A stretch of 48,346 nt of DNA from an uncultured Aquificales bacterium. Lineage in GTDB: Bacteria; Thermosulfidibacterota; Thermosulfidibacteria; Thermosulfidibacterales; Thermosulfidibacteraceae. The stretch spans positions 1-48,346 of the forward strand of contig CAYVOC010000006.1 in NCBI GenBank assembly GCA_964453345.1. Reading direction: 5' to 3'. The position numbers and the translations under genes are program-made. The notes beneath the pieces are model-generated. The model was not told the origin of the DNA, searched no databases, and saw only the letters and a list, made by a program, of their open reading frames with translations. This document shows, piece by piece, positions 45,546 to 48,346 of this stretch (positions within the stretch are counted from its first letter, which is position 1; each line of letters begins with the position of its first letter).

Positions 45546-46464
45546 TGATGCAAAAAGCGTTGCCTGCTTCTTTCACAAGAATCCCGACGGAGACGCTGTG
45601 GGTTCGGCGCTTGCTGTTAGGAACTTCTTCGGTCCCAAGGTGAAGGTTTACTGCCCTGGAAAGCTGCCGGAGATATTCTCTTTTCTGCCTGCTGCTTCTG
45701 AAATAATTCAGTATAGCGATTTTGATGTGGTGGAGCCGGCGGAGGTTTTTCTGGTTGTGGACTGCGGCGATGAGAAGAGGGTTCCTGGATTCGATAGAAC
45801 CAAAACTGAGCGGGTCCTCGTGATAGATCACCATGAGACGAACAGCAACTTCGGCGATCTGAATCTGGTGGAGCCTGACAGATCCTCCACAGCTGAGATC
45901 GTTTACGATGTGATAAAGACCCTTGACAGGCCTATATCGAAGGAGGTGGCCGAGTGCCTCTTCACGGGCCTATACACCGATACCGGCGGCTTCAGGTATT
46001 CGGATACAACGGCCCAAACCTTCCAGACGGCCAAGGAACTTGTCGAGCTTGGAGCCGAACCCTGGAAGATAGCTGTCAACATATACGAGAGCAATCCGGT
46101 AAGGAGATTGAGGCTTTTGGGGGAGTGTTTAAACACCCTTAGGCTGCACCTTGACGGTAAAGTGGCCACCCTGCACGTGACGCTGGATATGTATGAAAGA
46201 ACAGGTGCTCTGGTGGAGGACACGGAGGACTTTGTCAACTACGCCCGCTCCATAAAGGGGGTTGAGGTTGGTGTCTTTGTAAGGGAGAGGGAGGAGGGAG
46301 GGGTGAAGATAAGTCTTCGCTCAAAGGGAAGGGTGAATGTGGCTGAGATAGCCAAGCGGTTCGGAGGGGGCGGGCACTTCAACGCTGCAGGATGTGAAAT
46401 GGACCATGAGACGGTTGAAGGCGCAATAAGTCTTATATTGAAGGAACTTAAGCCCTGCCTGTAG
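45517..46464 (+). CDS. nrnA: DHH/DHHA1 oligoribonuclease/pAp phosphatase NrnA
   Basis: HKNPDGDA.GS, VDC, IDHH, TDTG.F, SLRS, GGGGH..AAG. Confidence 0.92.
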   Translation: MKEKIARILDDAKSVACFFHKNPDGDAVGSALAVRNFFGPKVKVYCPGKLPEIFSFLPAASEIIQYSDFDVVEPAEVFLVVDCGDEKRVPGFDRTKTERVLVIDHHETNSNFGDLNLVEPDRSSTAEIVYDVIKTLDRPISKEVAECLFTGLYTDTGGFRYSDTTAQTFQTAKELVELGAEPWKIAVNIYESNPVRRLRLLGECLNTLRLHLDGKVATLHVTLDMYERTGALVEDTEDFVNYARSIKGVEVGVFVREREEGGVKISLRSKGRVNVAEIAKRFGGGGHFNAAGCEMDHETVEGAISLILKELKPCL

Positions 46465-46474
46465 GGGGATTGCT

Positions 46475-47254
46475 ATGGGACTGGTTCTGGTTGATATAAA
46501 GGAGAGGATAGCCTGGGTTACCCTCAACCGGCCTGATAAGCTGAACGCCCTTGATCCGCAGATTTCTGAGGAACTTTACGATGTTTTTTATGAACTCACC
46601 AAGGACCCTTCCCTGCGGGTGATTGTGTTGAGGGGAGCCGGCAAGGCCTTCTGTGCCGGTGGGGATCTGGTTTCCTTTGTCAGATCCGATGACCTTTACA
46701 GAACGATATACAGGGTTCTTGATCGGCTAAACCAGGTTGTTCTCATGATAAGGCGCACCGACAAGGTGGTGATAGCCTCGGTTCATGGTGCAGTTAGCGG
46801 TGCCGGCTTCGGCTTTATGGGGTGTTGCGATGTGGCCATCGCTGCCGAGGGCACCCGTTTCAATCTGGCCTACTCAAGGATAGGTGCATCTCCGGATATG
46901 TTCAGCAGTGTTGTTCTTTCAAGGACTGTAGGACTCAAGAGGGCAAGCTACTACGCCATAACCGGTGATTTCTTCGATGCGAAGCAGGCCCTTGAGATGG
47001 GGTTGATTAACTTTGTGGTTCCGGAGGATAGGCTTGAGGAAGAGACGGAAAAGCTCGCTCAGAGATTTGCGGAGGTTGCGCCTCTTTCCGTTAAAAGAAT
47101 AAAGGCCTTGATAAACAGAGAACTTTTCTGGGACCTTGAGAGTCTGCTTGAGGAGGAGAAGCTGGGTATCTGCGAGCTTTCCGAAACAGAGGATATGGCG
47201 GAGGGCATAAAGGCCTTCTTTGAAAAGAGGAAGCCGAATTACAAAGGGAGATAG
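46475..47254 (+). CDS. Enoyl-CoA hydratase/isomerase family protein
   Basis: LNRPDKLNA, AFCAGGD, VHGAVSGAG, EGIKAFFEKRKP. Confidence 0.9.
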   Translation: MGLVLVDIKERIAWVTLNRPDKLNALDPQISEELYDVFYELTKDPSLRVIVLRGAGKAFCAGGDLVSFVRSDDLYRTIYRVLDRLNQVVLMIRRTDKVVIASVHGAVSGAGFGFMGCCDVAIAAEGTRFNLAYSRIGASPDMFSSVVLSRTVGLKRASYYAITGDFFDAKQALEMGLINFVVPEDRLEEETEKLAQRFAEVAPLSVKRIKALINRELFWDLESLLEEEKLGICELSETEDMAEGIKAFFEKRKPNYKGR

Positions 47255-48346
47255 AAGGCGGCCTCAGCGTCTCAAGGGGCTTTACATTCATATCCCCTTT
47301 TGCATGTCTAAATGTGTATACTGCGGTTTTTACTCCGTTCCGGGTCCGTCTTCTCATCTAATAGAAGCGCTTTTGAGGGCTGAGCTAAAGGAGGTTTCCT
47401 GCTGGAGCAATCTTATAACGTCTCCCTATACCCTGTATATAGGGGGTGGCACCCCCACTGTTCTGGGAAACGAGCTGCTGAGGTTCATTGAGAAGCTTCT
47501 CACCCTCCTGGGAACTGAACCGGTTGAGTTTACCGTGGAGGCAAATCCTGCAACCTTTGACTCTCAGCTGTTGAAGGGTCTCAGATCCCTTGGAGTCAAC
47601 AGGCTCAGCATAGGGGTTCAGTCCCTTGACGATGCCGTTCTTTCCCTTCTTGGCAGGCCACACACCGCCCTGGATGCTTTGAAGGCTGTAGAGCAGGCCC
47701 TGAAGTTCTTTGATAATGTCAATGCGGACATCATCTTCGCTGTTCCCACGCAGAAGACGGAGCAGATTGAGTTGACCTTGAGGAAGCTTGTGGAGATGGG
47801 GGTTTCTCACATTTCCGCATACGGCTTAACAGTTGAGGAGGGGACGAAGCTTGAGAGAATGGTGAGGCGTGGAAGGCTTACCATGCCGGGGGAGGATATC
47901 TGGTTTGCCATGTATAGCTTTATATGCGATTTTCTGAAGGGGGCGGGCTTTGAGCATTACGAGGTTTCAAATTATGCCAAAGGGGGCAAAAGGTGCCTTC
48001 ACAATCTGATATACTGGACCCGAAGGGAGTATGTGGGCATCGGGCCCTCCGCCTCCGGTCTTGTGGGAAAGGTGAGATACACCAACAGGGCAGATCTAAG
48101 GGCCTACATAGAGGCTCTCAGGCAGGATACCTTGCCTCCAAGAACTGTTGAAACCCTCTCTGAAAGAGAGATTCTTGAGGAGATGGTCATGCTATACCTC
48201 AGATTGGCCAGTGGACTTCCCCTGCGCAAACTCCCTGCTTCTTTCGCTACAGAGCTTGTGAAGGCAGCAGAGTCCGTGAACGGGGAACTTGTGAGGATTA
48301 CTAAAGGAAGGATCAGCCTCACGGAAAAAGGCTTTGCAGTGATGAA
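47220..48346 (+). CDS. hemW: Radical SAM heme chaperone HemW (HemN-like); partial, runs off the window end
   Basis: Absent from the ORF track. Reads ...GLYIHIPFCMSKCVYCGF...YIGGGTPT...EANP...RLSIGVQS...HYEVSNY...HNLIYW. The only canonical in-frame start after TAA 47208-10 and before the motif is TTG 47220. Confidence 0.88.
   Translation, partial: MKRGSRITKGDRRRPQRLKGLYIHIPFCMSKCVYCGFYSVPGPSSHLIEALLRAELKEVSCWSNLITSPYTLYIGGGTPTVLGNELLRFIEKLLTLLGTEPVEFTVEANPATFDSQLLKGLRSLGVNRLSIGVQSLDDAVLSLLGRPHTALDALKAVEQALKFFDNVNADIIFAVPTQKTEQIELTLRKLVEMGVSHISAYGLTVEEGTKLERMVRRGRLTMPGEDIWFAMYSFICDFLKGAGFEHYEVSNYAKGGKRCLHNLIYWTRREYVGIGPSASGLVGKVRYTNRADLRAYIEALRQDTLPPRTVETLSEREILEEMVMLYLRLASGLPLRKLPASFATELVKAAESVNGELVRITKGRISLTEKGFAVM

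Overview
This is a gene-dense, mostly housekeeping segment of a bacterial chromosome. Heavy AGG/ATA/GAG codon use, rubredoxin, a multiheme cytochrome and Tol-Pal suggest a thermophilic diderm anaerobe (Aquificota/Thermosulfidibacter- or Desulfobacterota-like; inference only). Core genes: rseP, a csp, ilvE, gltX, mutS2, purL, def, rpmE, thyX, prfA, HU, comEC, trpS, htpX, tlyA, queC, truD, argC, tolQRAB-pal-cpoB, an orphan mreB paralog, the rimP-nusA-ylxR/Q-infB-ylxP-rbfA-nrnA operon and a partial hemW. Four tRNAs (Ala-CGC, Val-CAC, Gln-CTG, Glu-CTC) are present. The accessory-looking pieces are an AT-rich MNT-HEPN toxin-antitoxin pair and an AT-rich secreted repeat (beta-propeller) gene. I found no CRISPR array, integrase or transposase. 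The most notable unexplained signals are: (1) a three-segment, 23-bp long-range duplex between the 5' leader and 3' trailer of the cold-shock gene, next to an anti-SD for rseP; (2) a Clp1/Grc3-like RNA kinase and truD with start codons 22 bp apart around one apparently bidirectional, leaderless promoter; (3) a GAF-GAF-degenerate-GGDEF protein plus orphan MreB appended to tol-pal; (4) a heptaheme cytochrome with an EF-hand loop, paired with a cytochrome b behind a Rex/CRP-like operator; (5) a GGDEF-fold protein with a dead active site but an intact RxxD. All calls come from motif recognition; no database searches were run.
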